Positions 1-7,823 of a DNA stretch of 20,000 nt are shown piece after piece (position 1 is the first letter of the stretch; the number at the start of each line of letters is the position of its first letter). The DNA lies in IMG/VR virus record IMGVR_UViG_3300034071_002938; one strand, written 5' to 3'. This stretch comes from an uncultured virus (IMG/VR IMGVR_UViG_3300034071_002938). Taxonomy: Duplodnaviria > Heunggongvirae > Uroviricota > Caudoviricetes. The translations under genes and the position numbers were made by a program. The notes below the pieces were generated by a model, which had not been told where the DNA came from, searched no databases, and worked only from the letters and a program-made list of their open reading frames with translations.

Positions 1-2
1 AT

Positions 3-113
3 GCCGACCTCGGGAACCTCAGGCTTGTCGATATCCGTGACGCCTATCGGCGCAACGTATTCCAACGCGAGCACTTCCTCGCCAAGGTCGTTGCTTACAT
101 GTGCAGGCTATGA
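3..113 (+). CDS. 3' end of a hypothetical protein, truncated by the window edge (...ADLGNLRLVDIRDAYRRNVFQREHFLAKVVAYMCRL*)
   Basis: Open frame from position 3 to TGA 111-113, which overlaps ATG 110 of the next gene (ATGA junction typical of this window). Confidence 0.6.
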   Translation, partial: ADLGNLRLVDIRDAYRRNVFQREHFLAKVVAYMCRL

Positions 114-412
114 GTATCGGGAGTCAGATCGAGGACTTCTATGATGACCAACTCGCTCGCGCCAAAGAGCTGGTAGCCAAGAACCTCCTCGAGGGCTGGA
201 GTATTGCCTTCTTCACTGGATGGGGATCAGCCATCAAGGATCCTGAGGGTCAACAACTCAGGCATGGCGACAAGTGCCCCAAGAGTGTCGAGGACCTGGC
301 TGATTTCGCGGACAAGATCATTGCAGTCGCGGGCGCCGACAATACTTGGGTAGCAGGGACCAAGAAGCGTAGGAAGCATGCCAAGAAAAATCCGACTGAT
401 CCCAATCCTTGA
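110..412 (+). CDS. Hypothetical protein (100 aa)
   Basis: ORF track 101..412; ATG 110 chosen for its ATGA overlap with the upstream stop. Confidence 0.7.
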   Translation: MSIGSQIEDFYDDQLARAKELVAKNLLEGWSIAFFTGWGSAIKDPEGQQLRHGDKCPKSVEDLADFADKIIAVAGADNTWVAGTKKRRKHAKKNPTDPNP

Positions 413-734
413 ACACCTCGGTGCGTGTAGACGAGCACTGGGCTGGCTTGAGGATCAGAAGTACGAGACCTTCGAGACAGCTATCAAGTACGCAAACCCA
501 AGAGACGTGAGTTGGTTGTACAGCGTGCTTGATCGCGAGGGCTTCAAGTTCGAGGAAATCTATGCCGAGGCTCGGAAGGTCCACACAAATCGCGGACCAG
601 TCTACGAGGGTACGCCGCGAAGTTACGTAGAAGTCCCGCAAAGCTACATGGATGTACTTCGGGCACATTGGATGGAACTCCAGAAAGCATTGATCGAATA
701 TGCCAAACGACACGACTGTCTTCACTACCGCTGA
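378..734 (+). CDS. Hypothetical protein with N-terminal 'L-x-x-L-x-A-C-x-x-A-x-x-W' domain (paralog family A)
   Basis: AGGA just upstream of ATG 378; N-terminus aligns by eye with ORFs 1659-2156 and 11757-12611. Confidence 0.8.
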   Translation: MPRKIRLIPILEHLGACRRALGWLEDQKYETFETAIKYANPRDVSWLYSVLDREGFKFEEIYAEARKVHTNRGPVYEGTPRSYVEVPQSYMDVLRAHWMELQKALIEYAKRHDCLHYR

Positions 735-1338
735 GCACAACAAGCACGGCAGCAACGAACTTTCGCGGAGGATCGCCTACATTCACTGGCTGATTCGCCA
801 GGATGATTACGAACAGCGCATTGAAGCCGCGGAACATGTTGTCTTGCTGTTTCGCGAACAGATCGACATCAAAGCCTGGCACCGAAGCCAGTATGGAGTC
901 GAGAACCACGCCGAGTACGACATCGTTGTTGCGCAACACAGGCTCAAGACGCAGCACATCTATGGACGAATCGGAACTCCAGATCAGGACTTCCTACTCC
1001 GGGAGTACAGAGACAGCCTGGCTGCACTGCATGAGCTTCCCTTCCACCCCAACAAGTACCTCGAGGCTGCGGAAGCCATCAGGGATTGCCTGAACCACAG
1101 GCTGACGCAGCAACCAAAGGTGTGGATCTACAAGGCAGATCCCAACTACGTCGTGTCCCTGGTCTATCCAGGAAAGGGAACTGCACCGCGGGCCGAGAAT
1201 GAGCCCGTGGCTGTAGACCACAATACAAAGATCAACCAGTTCCTTGGATGGACTACACACAAGGTACTGACTACACCTGAATACGAAGATCTCAAGGCTG
1301 GTAAGACTGTCGCATTGATCAGGCTTCCATCCTACTGA
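700..1338 (+). CDS. Hypothetical protein (212 aa)
   Basis: Long + strand ORF that tiles between its neighbours; weak RBS, so the start is uncertain. Confidence 0.75.
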   Translation: MPNDTTVFTTAEHNKHGSNELSRRIAYIHWLIRQDDYEQRIEAAEHVVLLFREQIDIKAWHRSQYGVENHAEYDIVVAQHRLKTQHIYGRIGTPDQDFLLREYRDSLAALHELPFHPNKYLEAAEAIRDCLNHRLTQQPKVWIYKADPNYVVSLVYPGKGTAPRAENEPVAVDHNTKINQFLGWTTHKVLTTPEYEDLKAGKTVALIRLPSY

Positions 1339-1346
1339 AGACACGT

Positions 1347-1377
1347 TATGTATTCGCTATGTATTCCTACATAGGAG
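1347..1377. promoter_or_regulatory. AT-rich intergenic element: direct repeat TATGTATTC x2 plus inverted repeat CTATGTA/TACATAG overlapping an RBS
   Basis: TATGTATTC at 1347-1355 and 1358-1366; CTATGTA 1357-1363 is complementary to TACATAG 1368-1374; AGGAG at 1373-1377. Confidence 0.4.
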
Positions 1378-1381
1378 AACG

Positions 1382-1672
1382 ATGACCAGACATGTGATCA
1401 AGTGCTGTGCACAGGGTTGTTCTGAGCAGCAGGTCGTTGATGCGGGGGAGGGGTATGAGAACTCCTTTGCCGCAGCTAAGCGTGTTGGCTACACGACGTT
1501 CCTGACTTCCGGAGCTACATCCCAACATCTCTGCCCAATCCATGGCAACAGACTCAAGGAGCTGATCGATAGAGTGATGGACATGCTTGGTACGAACGAA
1601 ACCCGCTCCATGTCGCTCTATCTCGTCGTACAGGACGTTCTTGCAGACAGGGCCAGACATGAGTCTCCCTAA
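1382..1672 (+). CDS. Small Cys/His-containing protein, putative Zn-binding (CCAQGC...LCPIH)
   Basis: AGGAG RBS at 1373-1377; C-x4-C ... C-P-x-H pattern. Confidence 0.75.
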   Translation: MTRHVIKCCAQGCSEQQVVDAGEGYENSFAAAKRVGYTTFLTSGATSQHLCPIHGNRLKELIDRVMDMLGTNETRSMSLYLVVQDVLADRARHESP

Positions 1673-2156
1673 AACCTATCCTGTTGAGACTTACGACCCA
1701 GAGAGCGGAACAACCTGGACTAGCTACCGCCTTGCAGACCGTTATGAACTCAGGCCCATCCTGCTGAGCCTGGACCCCTGCCCAGAGGCCGCAAGTTGGA
1801 TGGGACGGTGTCTGACTGGTCTGACGGTCTCCGAGGCTGTGAAGGCCTGTCCATTCAGCTCCTGGCTGTTGTTCGTGATTCGCTGGCTTCCTGGTACAGC
1901 GGCAATCGAGATGACAAAGGAGTACGTCTTGTTCGAGGAGGCCACCTTCAGGCCTACCTCTGATCAGACCCACAAGCAGGCGTACGAAGCCAAGCAGGGC
2001 GTGATCAGGAAGTTCTTCGATGCAGACAGGGTTGCCCGGTTGGAGCGCATGCTGATCAAGTGTGCCGACGAACATCTAGAAGTGGAGCATGTATGGGTGG
2101 ACGAAGCGAAGACGGTCTGGGTACGCCACCGGGTGAAACAGATCTCGAGAGACTGA
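1659..2156 (+). CDS. Hypothetical protein (165 aa), paralog family A
   Basis: ATG 1659 overlaps the end of the upstream gene; contains LRPILLSLDPCPEAASW...TVSEAVKACPFSSWL. Confidence 0.75.
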   Translation: MSLPKTYPVETYDPESGTTWTSYRLADRYELRPILLSLDPCPEAASWMGRCLTGLTVSEAVKACPFSSWLLFVIRWLPGTAAIEMTKEYVLFEEATFRPTSDQTHKQAYEAKQGVIRKFFDADRVARLERMLIKCADEHLEVEHVWVDEAKTVWVRHRVKQISRD

Positions 2157-2401
2157 TTGATGTGTGCTTCACGCTCAAGGAGCGGAAGTTCGAAGCGAGA
2201 GGGGACTTGATCGAGGATATCGTCCGCGAAGTGAAAGCAGACGTTGAACGCGCGGTTACGTGCCCGGAGTGGAAGAACCTCAAAGCCCATACCGAGGATG
2301 AGAGCTTTGAGAGGACCATCAGACTGGTCGTGTGCTCGTTGATCGAATCAAGGGCTCGGCGTGAGAGACTCGGGGCTCTCTTCAGGAGGTATGGGATATG
2401 A
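2093..2401 (+). CDS. Hypothetical protein (~102 aa), paralog family B
   Basis: GGAG 2084-2087 before ATG 2093 (start uncertain); aligns by eye with the N-terminal half of ORF 2976-3608. Confidence 0.7.
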   Translation: MGGRSEDGLGTPPGETDLERLIDVCFTLKERKFEARGDLIEDIVREVKADVERAVTCPEWKNLKAHTEDESFERTIRLVVCSLIESRARRERLGALFRRYGI

Positions 2402-2979
2402 GTGATGCGACGAAGGTGTTTGAGGAGACTCGAGCGATGCGCGCACGGGCAAATGCAGCCGTACTTCCGGCATGTTCTTGTGATGCATTCGCGGATGATC
2501 CATGCCCGGTTCACGCGGATGAGAACCGAGAGCAGGATGAGAGGATACGGAAGGAAACCAATACTCGACTCGCCCAAGGCCAGGCCAAACCAGCTCACGA
2601 CTTCCCGGACACTGTTGAGGTGTTCGGGGTTCGTTTTACCGCGGAGAAGCCTGCTGAGTGGTACTACCCGACACACGGGAAGCGTGATTACTCGTCGGGC
2701 GCCATTCGACTCATCTGCAACTACAACAGCATGCCCACTGTACGTGGAAGCCATAAACCTAGTGAGTGGGTAGCTTGGGTCGCATGGTACGCCTTATCAA
2801 CGATCGGAGGCGAAAGCAAGCCCACACCAGAAGAGGCGCTGCTTAGCGCCCGCAAGTGGATGGAAGACAACCTAGCCTCCGCTCGTGTCCGCGCTGAGGA
2901 AGCACAGCTTGTAGTCACGTCAGCAACTGAACATCTCTCGAAGTTCGACTTCTGCATCACCGGAAAGACAGGACAATGA
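2398..2979 (+). CDS. Hypothetical protein with C-x-C...C-P-x-H motif and a family C module
   Basis: AGGAGG RBS, ATGA overlap; ACSCDAFADDPCPVH and DTVEVFGVRF...W...PTPEEAL. Confidence 0.8.
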   Translation: MSDATKVFEETRAMRARANAAVLPACSCDAFADDPCPVHADENREQDERIRKETNTRLAQGQAKPAHDFPDTVEVFGVRFTAEKPAEWYYPTHGKRDYSSGAIRLICNYNSMPTVRGSHKPSEWVAWVAWYALSTIGGESKPTPEEALLSARKWMEDNLASARVRAEEAQLVVTSATEHLSKFDFCITGKTGQ

Positions 2980-3608
2980 ACGACACCGCACACTACAGAC
3001 AAACTCTCACCGGACAGGAACTCGTTGATCGCACGGTCGCCCTGATTGGTGTTGTCTTCACCACCATGGATCCGTTCTACCGTGTGACGAAGGCATCGAT
3101 TGGAGAGATCCTCGACGACATCAAGCCGCGCGTCGTGCGCGCAGCCGAGGACTTCGAGGAGATCAGGGAGTACACAGCAGGACACAGCTACAATATCACT
3201 GCGCGAACTGTGGTAGTGGCGCTGATCAGTGCTCGAGTCCAGCGGAAGGAGATGGAAGAGTGCATGAACCAGGCCGATGCACGACGCATCCCGTTCTTGG
3301 TCAGCCGAAGTGCGGCTCTTGAGTTCCTCCGAGTTCCAACAAACAGGAGCCTTCGCAACTATGAGCTTGAGGAAGGTCTTGAGAGATCTTTCCCGGTCTC
3401 GTCAGAGCTGACGTGGGTGATCTCAGACTGGTGCCCATACAACGGAGTTCACTGCACCTACTTCAACTACGCTCCGCGTGGAGTTCTCGAGGAGACCCTC
3501 ACCAGTATCAGGGAGCGAGATCCTGTTGGCGCCGCCATGATTGAGAAGGAACTGGCGAAACCAGAGAGCAGCACAGAGCGCACGTTTGGGCGTGGGTGGG
3601 GTGGTTGA
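2976..3608 (+). CDS. Hypothetical protein (210 aa), paralog family B
   Basis: ATGA overlap with the upstream stop; N-terminal similarity to ORF 2093-2401. Confidence 0.8.
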   Translation: MNDTAHYRQTLTGQELVDRTVALIGVVFTTMDPFYRVTKASIGEILDDIKPRVVRAAEDFEEIREYTAGHSYNITARTVVVALISARVQRKEMEECMNQADARRIPFLVSRSAALEFLRVPTNRSLRNYELEEGLERSFPVSSELTWVISDWCPYNGVHCTYFNYAPRGVLEETLTSIRERDPVGAAMIEKELAKPESSTERTFGRGWGG

Positions 3609-3634
3609 CACCGGTTTCTGGGGAGGACATAGAT

Positions 3635-3670
3635 ATGACCTCCCTGATAAGAGTGGTTGGCTATCCGTAG
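3635..3670 (+). CDS. Putative 11-aa leader peptide MTSLIRVVGYP
   Basis: GGAGG at 3622-3626, 8 nt before ATG 3635; TAG 3668-3670 lies just before the terminator hairpin. Below the ORF-track length cutoff. Confidence 0.3.
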   Translation: MTSLIRVVGYP

Positions 3671-3676
3671 CTGATC

Positions 3677-3719
3677 AGGAGGCCCTGAGTGGTTCGAGCC
3701 GCTCAGGGCTTCTTCTTTT
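3677..3719 (+). terminator. Rho-independent terminator
   Basis: Stem AGGAGGCCCTGAGTGGT / GCCGCTCAGGGCTTCTT (with G-U pairs), loop TCGA, followed by CTTTT. Confidence 0.75.
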
Positions 3720-3728
3720 GGAGGGTGA

Positions 3729-4154
3729 ATGAGCGATGACATCGTCGATCCAACAGGCGTGAACAGAGACATAGCTTGCATCGAGAAGGCCACGGCACTA
3801 TTTGCCTTGCGTCCAGTCGATCGGGAATATGCGATCATTGCCTTTGAGGGCTTGCTCTCGCCTACCGAGAGCTACGTCGTGCCATACGGGCGGGCGGCTC
3901 TGCATGTATCTGGGCATGTCCGGAAGAACCCAAAGGATAGAGACGAGAATACAAGGTACATGTTTCAAGGCTCCTTCTCTTCGATCGATGACTCAGGCCT
4001 GACCTTCCATGGTCCACAAGAGAACGAGGCCAGTGCCACGAGGCGGTACCATGCCTTTGAGTCGTTCATCCGAGAACGGCATCCAATGATGCCCACACTC
4101 GAGCAGGTTGAGGAGTGGGGCAAGCGGCATGGTGTGTACCCGGATCTGTGGTGA
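3729..4154 (+). CDS. Hypothetical protein (141 aa)
   Basis: GGAGG RBS at 3720-3724 before ATG 3729. Confidence 0.8.
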   Translation: MSDDIVDPTGVNRDIACIEKATALFALRPVDREYAIIAFEGLLSPTESYVVPYGRAALHVSGHVRKNPKDRDENTRYMFQGSFSSIDDSGLTFHGPQENEASATRRYHAFESFIRERHPMMPTLEQVEEWGKRHGVYPDLW

Positions 4155-4168
4155 AGATCGGAGGACAG

Positions 4169-4843
4169 ATGAGTGACGAGGACGATGACGTTGACTACCA
4201 CTACAACCCAAGCCTGGGCGAGAGGATACGGGAGAACGATAGGCGGGTAGCTGCTGAAGCTGTGATGAGTTACGCCGAGCAGAAGCGATGTATGGGCTGC
4301 CCTGCCAAGGGGGTTGCTCGGATACACGGGTTGCAGATCGGAAAGTCTGGATTGCTCTGCATGGATTGCTTCAATAAGTCGCGGAAGCCGCCACCCGTGA
4401 TGCCTGCTGCGCCCGCAGAAACGGTAGAGATCTACACGGTGAAGACATCGCGGGAAGATCGTCCTGTGCGCCATCCATGCACAACAGCAGGGTTCGTATC
4501 GGAGTTGTTCGATAGCGAAGGCGAGAGCGTATACGTCGCCACGGGCACAGATGCATCCGAGGCACTTGAAGTACTTGCCTATCTCATCGACCGAGATCGC
4601 TTCATCACCCACGTCGCCAAGACAAAAGCACGGGCAGCCGCAGTGGCCAAGGCGCGGCTAGAAGAGGCAGCAGCGCGTAATGCTCCGCCGCCGATGGGCT
4701 TGTTCACTGTGGCTCTCTACGATTCAGAGGGGTGCATCAAGTTGTACAACGCCGTTGCGGAGACGCGGGAGCAGGCCGAAGCGAAAGCACTCGCATACTA
4801 CAGATCGGTTTGGCCCGATCGCGTCTACACTGTGGGTACATGA
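4169..4843 (+). CDS. Hypothetical protein with C4 Zn finger (CMGC...CMDC) and an internal repeat
   Basis: GGAGG 4160-4164 before ATG 4169; two CxxC pairs; two L-(F/Y)-D-S-E-G segments. Confidence 0.8.
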   Translation: MSDEDDDVDYHYNPSLGERIRENDRRVAAEAVMSYAEQKRCMGCPAKGVARIHGLQIGKSGLLCMDCFNKSRKPPPVMPAAPAETVEIYTVKTSREDRPVRHPCTTAGFVSELFDSEGESVYVATGTDASEALEVLAYLIDRDRFITHVAKTKARAAAVAKARLEEAAARNAPPPMGLFTVALYDSEGCIKLYNAVAETREQAEAKALAYYRSVWPDRVYTVGT

Positions 4844-5547
4844 CAACCAAGGAGAGAAGAATGGCCAGAGCTAAGAGGATCCTGATTCGTAAGATCGAGG
4901 GCGACACCATCACTGCTGGTGGTATGGCGTTCCAGCGCGTTCGGAAAGCAGCAACGGATGAGTTCGTGTGCGGACCATTTCGTCTCAGCTATCTGTTCGA
5001 TGAAGACGACCCGGAGTGGGCGGTCTACGGCCACGACACTGAAGCTCGTGGTGTCACCGCAGAAAGCGCCCTTGGACGACTGAAGTCACAGCTCAGCGTG
5101 GATCTCTTGAAGTGCTCCGAAGAGTTCAGCCGCCGTAAGGTGAACCTGCTTCAGAGCAAGAGGCGTGTGAACAACCTCCTTCGACGACTCGCTGGTGTCG
5201 ACACCATCAGAGATCTCCAAGCAGAAGAGGAGACGTTCACTGTTTGTGGGCTTCAGTTCACGAGGATCGCGGACAACAAGTGGAGTTCGGGCCCGGAGGG
5301 TGTTGGTCAGATCATTCTCAGCTATACACCGCAGCACTATTCTAGCTGGACGGCTAAGCTGATCACCAGCGACCCTGGCTACTGGGCGTACCAGAACAGT
5401 TCGGGAGAGAATGCCGAAGCTGCGATGCGCGCCCTGCAAGCTCACCTTCGACGAGAAGTTCGCCGAGCAACAGCCGCTCAGACAAAGGCTCAGAACAATC
5501 TCGTTAGGCTCAAGTCGCTTCTGACTGCTGTCAGTCCTTCAGCTTGA
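4840..5547 (+). CDS. Hypothetical protein built from two tandem family C modules
   Basis: ATGA overlap at 4840 (alternative ATG 4861 has AAGGAG); DTITAGGMAFQR...GVTAESAL and ETFTVCGLQFTR...GENAEAAM; followed by a terminator. Confidence 0.8.
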   Translation: MTTKERRMARAKRILIRKIEGDTITAGGMAFQRVRKAATDEFVCGPFRLSYLFDEDDPEWAVYGHDTEARGVTAESALGRLKSQLSVDLLKCSEEFSRRKVNLLQSKRRVNNLLRRLAGVDTIRDLQAEEETFTVCGLQFTRIADNKWSSGPEGVGQIILSYTPQHYSSWTAKLITSDPGYWAYQNSSGENAEAAMRALQAHLRREVRRATAAQTKAQNNLVRLKSLLTAVSPSA

Positions 5548-5559
5548 TCACACAACCAG

Positions 5560-5595
5560 GATCCACCGGCTCAGGTCGGTGGGTCTTTTCTTTTT
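5560..5595 (+). terminator. Rho-independent terminator
   Basis: Stem GATCCACCGGC / GTCGGTGGGTC, loop TCAG, followed by TTTTCTTTTT. Confidence 0.85.
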
Positions 5596-5604
5596 GAGGT
5601 ACTC

Positions 5605-6312
5605 ATGCGTGCGCGTCTAATCGAGTTCACAAACAGCGGAAGCAAGTTCACGGCAAGGATCGCTCTACCACGGGGCTATGGGACGAAACAGGTAACCTTT
5701 GTCGTCAGTTCGGGAAACCGGACTGCCTATCGCATCATCGATCAAAAGAAGGAACCCTTGACGAGAGCCCAGCTAGTGGAGGTTGGTGAAGCCCTTAGGC
5801 ATGTAACCGAGGCTTCAGCGGCAAGCTACGAGGGTCATTACATCTCGATCTCAGCTGCCCTACTCGGCGTCAAGACTCAGGTCACCAACGAGTATTGGTA
5901 CAGCGAGAGGTTCAAGCACCTCGACAATCCCGGAGTCGTTGCATCCTTCTTCGACGATTGCTTTATCAGTTCTGCTCTGGATGAGAAGGACACCCGGCTG
6001 CTTCCCGCCACACTGATCAAGACGGAGACTGGCGTCATTGGCTATCGAGTGCGCAAGGCTGACATCGTCCAGTACGAGCACTCCTTCATGGCCATCCCGC
6101 TCAACAGCATTGTGAAGCTTCTCTTGGCTGCGAACTTGGCTGAGTCGCCCTCGAGGAAGTTCGACCTGGTCGTTGTCCCGAACTGGCTCTGCACAGTCTT
6201 GTATTCCTTGCAGGAAGACGGCTTGCCTGGAACCTTCCAACCCAAGATCGCCGAGTTCCGGGTTGTCTCCGGTGTCAACAGCGAACTCATCTACCTGACT
6301 ACAGCAGCATAG
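5605..6312 (+). CDS. Hypothetical protein (235 aa), paralog family D
   Basis: GAGG RBS; C-terminal half aligns by eye with ORF 7326-7823 (VVPNWL vs AVPEWL). Confidence 0.8.
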   Translation: MRARLIEFTNSGSKFTARIALPRGYGTKQVTFVVSSGNRTAYRIIDQKKEPLTRAQLVEVGEALRHVTEASAASYEGHYISISAALLGVKTQVTNEYWYSERFKHLDNPGVVASFFDDCFISSALDEKDTRLLPATLIKTETGVIGYRVRKADIVQYEHSFMAIPLNSIVKLLLAANLAESPSRKFDLVVVPNWLCTVLYSLQEDGLPGTFQPKIAEFRVVSGVNSELIYLTTAA

Positions 6313-6320
6313 GATCAGTC

Positions 6321-6839
6321 ATGTGGGGATCCCTCAATACCAAACAGCATGCGATCGTCGCGTCCTACGTGGCGGGCAAGACAGTTCACGACCTCGGGGC
6401 CGGAGACCTCAAGCTCTCTAAGATCCTCGCGGATATGGGTGCTGACGTTGTGGCGGTAGAGCCGAATACAGAATGCTTCCCAGCGCAGCTCCCCAAAAAC
6501 ATCAAGATCGTTCCGTCGTACTTCAACAACTTCAGGGGCCCTGTCGATATGGCCTTCATGTCCTGGCCATCCACGCACACCACTGGTGTTGACCGGATCG
6601 TGAAGAAGTCTCGGATCGTCATTTACCTCGGCACGAACATGAACGGGACGGCTTGCGGCTATCTCGAACTCTGGGACATGCTGTGCAAGCGGGAGATCCT
6701 GGACATCTCCGTGGATCGTAAGAACACGCTGATTGTCTACGGGCCACAGGCGGTCAAGCGAGATCCAGTTCCTGAAGAGCAAGGTGGGCGCTGTCGCGAT
6801 ATCATGTGGTTCGACACCTCGTACCCGGAGCACAGATGA
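6321..6839 (+). CDS. Class I SAM-dependent methyltransferase-like protein, substrate unknown
   Basis: Motif I VHDLGAGD, acidic residue after strand 2 (VVAVEP), motif IV-like DMAFMSWP. Confidence 0.8.
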   Translation: MWGSLNTKQHAIVASYVAGKTVHDLGAGDLKLSKILADMGADVVAVEPNTECFPAQLPKNIKIVPSYFNNFRGPVDMAFMSWPSTHTTGVDRIVKKSRIVIYLGTNMNGTACGYLELWDMLCKREILDISVDRKNTLIVYGPQAVKRDPVPEEQGGRCRDIMWFDTSYPEHR

Positions 6840-7132
6840 CAGAGTCGATCGAGTTCCTTGGCAAGACAATGGAGCGGATCGGGCCTAGACCTGATGATGA
6901 TGCGTTCGGCATCATGTATGACGGCGGTCCTGACATCTTCGTGACAGACGGTACGGCTGCGATCTATGGGGGCGGTCTCTGGCACGCCACTGTGGCGCAT
7001 GGCCAGGCTACTCTGGTGATCAAGGAGCCAACCCTCAAGGCCCTCGAAGAGACCACGGAAAGACATCGCCAGCGTGGGTACATAATGGGCGTGATCTACA
7101 TCGGACCGACTGAGGAGACATCATGCGAGTGA
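6836..7132 (+). CDS. Hypothetical protein (98 aa)
   Basis: GGAG 6827-6830 and ATGA overlap at 6836. Confidence 0.75.
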   Translation: MTESIEFLGKTMERIGPRPDDDAFGIMYDGGPDIFVTDGTAAIYGGGLWHATVAHGQATLVIKEPTLKALEETTERHRQRGYIMGVIYIGPTEETSCE

Positions 7133-7329
7133 AGATCGTTCCGAGTTCTGTGTTGAGCAGCTCTGACCTCAGGGCATCGAAGTACGTTGTGAATCCCAAG
7201 CGAGCATCGCAAGAACTCGTTCGCAAGTGGAGCGCTGAGTTCGGAGGAGTCGCCTCCATGAGCAGTCCTGCTGGCAAGAGGCTGGCAGAGTTGGTAGAGA
7301 TCGAGATACGAAAGGCAATCAACAAATGA
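7123..7329 (+). CDS. Small hypothetical protein (68 aa)
   Basis: GAGGAG RBS; its stop overlaps the next ATG. Confidence 0.75.
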   Translation: MRVKIVPSSVLSSSDLRASKYVVNPKRASQELVRKWSAEFGGVASMSSPAGKRLAELVEIEIRKAINK

Positions 7330-7823
7330 GTGATCAAGCAAGCAAACTGATGATGGAGCGCGCTATATTCGAGGGCACGGCACCTCCGCAGACCTACGAT
7401 CAGTACGAGTCGCAGCTTCGGCGCAAGAAGACTCAGGCGGAGATCCTCTCTTACTACCTTCCGCGGCCCATGATCCTGATGGCCGGTGGTATTGAGATGC
7501 GCCCGCCCGACTTGATCAAAGTGGGCAACACGCCGGTGTACCCATACAAGACGAGCAACGTGATGGGTGCGCTCGGTGGCGACTCAAGCAGGGCCCTACC
7601 AGCTGTTGTTGGTCTTCTTCTCGAGGCCATGAATGCGACCTTCGACGACATCCACCTGATAGCGGTCCCAGAGTGGCTCTACCGAGTTCTCAAGACCGTC
7701 CAGTACCCCTATCTCTCGGACAGTCCTGAACCTGTTATCCTCGGCTACAAGCTCAACATCAGCGCTACCGACACGATACACCTCGTGCTCAAGAGAGATC
7801 TGCCTGCTTCGGACGAGCCATGA
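7326..7823 (+). CDS. Hypothetical protein (165 aa), paralog family D
   Basis: ATGA overlaps at both ends; similarity to ORF 5605-6312. Confidence 0.8.
   Translation: MSDQASKLMMERAIFEGTAPPQTYDQYESQLRRKKTQAEILSYYLPRPMILMAGGIEMRPPDLIKVGNTPVYPYKTSNVMGALGGDSSRALPAVVGLLLEAMNATFDDIHLIAVPEWLYRVLKTVQYPYLSDSPEPVILGYKLNISATDTIHLVLKRDLPASDEP

Larger units (their letters stand above)
3605..3719 (+). promoter_or_regulatory. Structured intergenic element (three tandem hairpins); candidate attenuator or small RNA
   Basis: TTGACA 3605-3610; hairpin GGGAGG 3621-3626 / CCTCCC 3639-3644; 10-bp hairpin 3654-3663 / 3668-3677; terminator hairpin 3677-3714. Confidence 0.45.

Noticed and set aside
3605..3640. Sigma70 promoter based on a perfect TTGACA
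   Set aside because: There is no TAnnnT -10 box at 16-18 nt spacing (CATAGA / ATAGAT), so it is not called as a promoter on its own.
3640..3715. tRNA-like GGTTCGAGCC (T-loop-like) at 3691-3700
   Set aside because: With a 7-nt T-loop the T-stem does not pair (G3691 faces G3701), and no acceptor stem or anticodon arm can be built. The sequence is better explained as the terminator hairpin loop.
6491..6500. CCCCAAAAAC run in the methyltransferase as a second frameshift site
   Set aside because: In the reading frame (CTC CCC AAA AAC) it does not form an X_XXY_YYZ heptamer, and the ORF continues intact.
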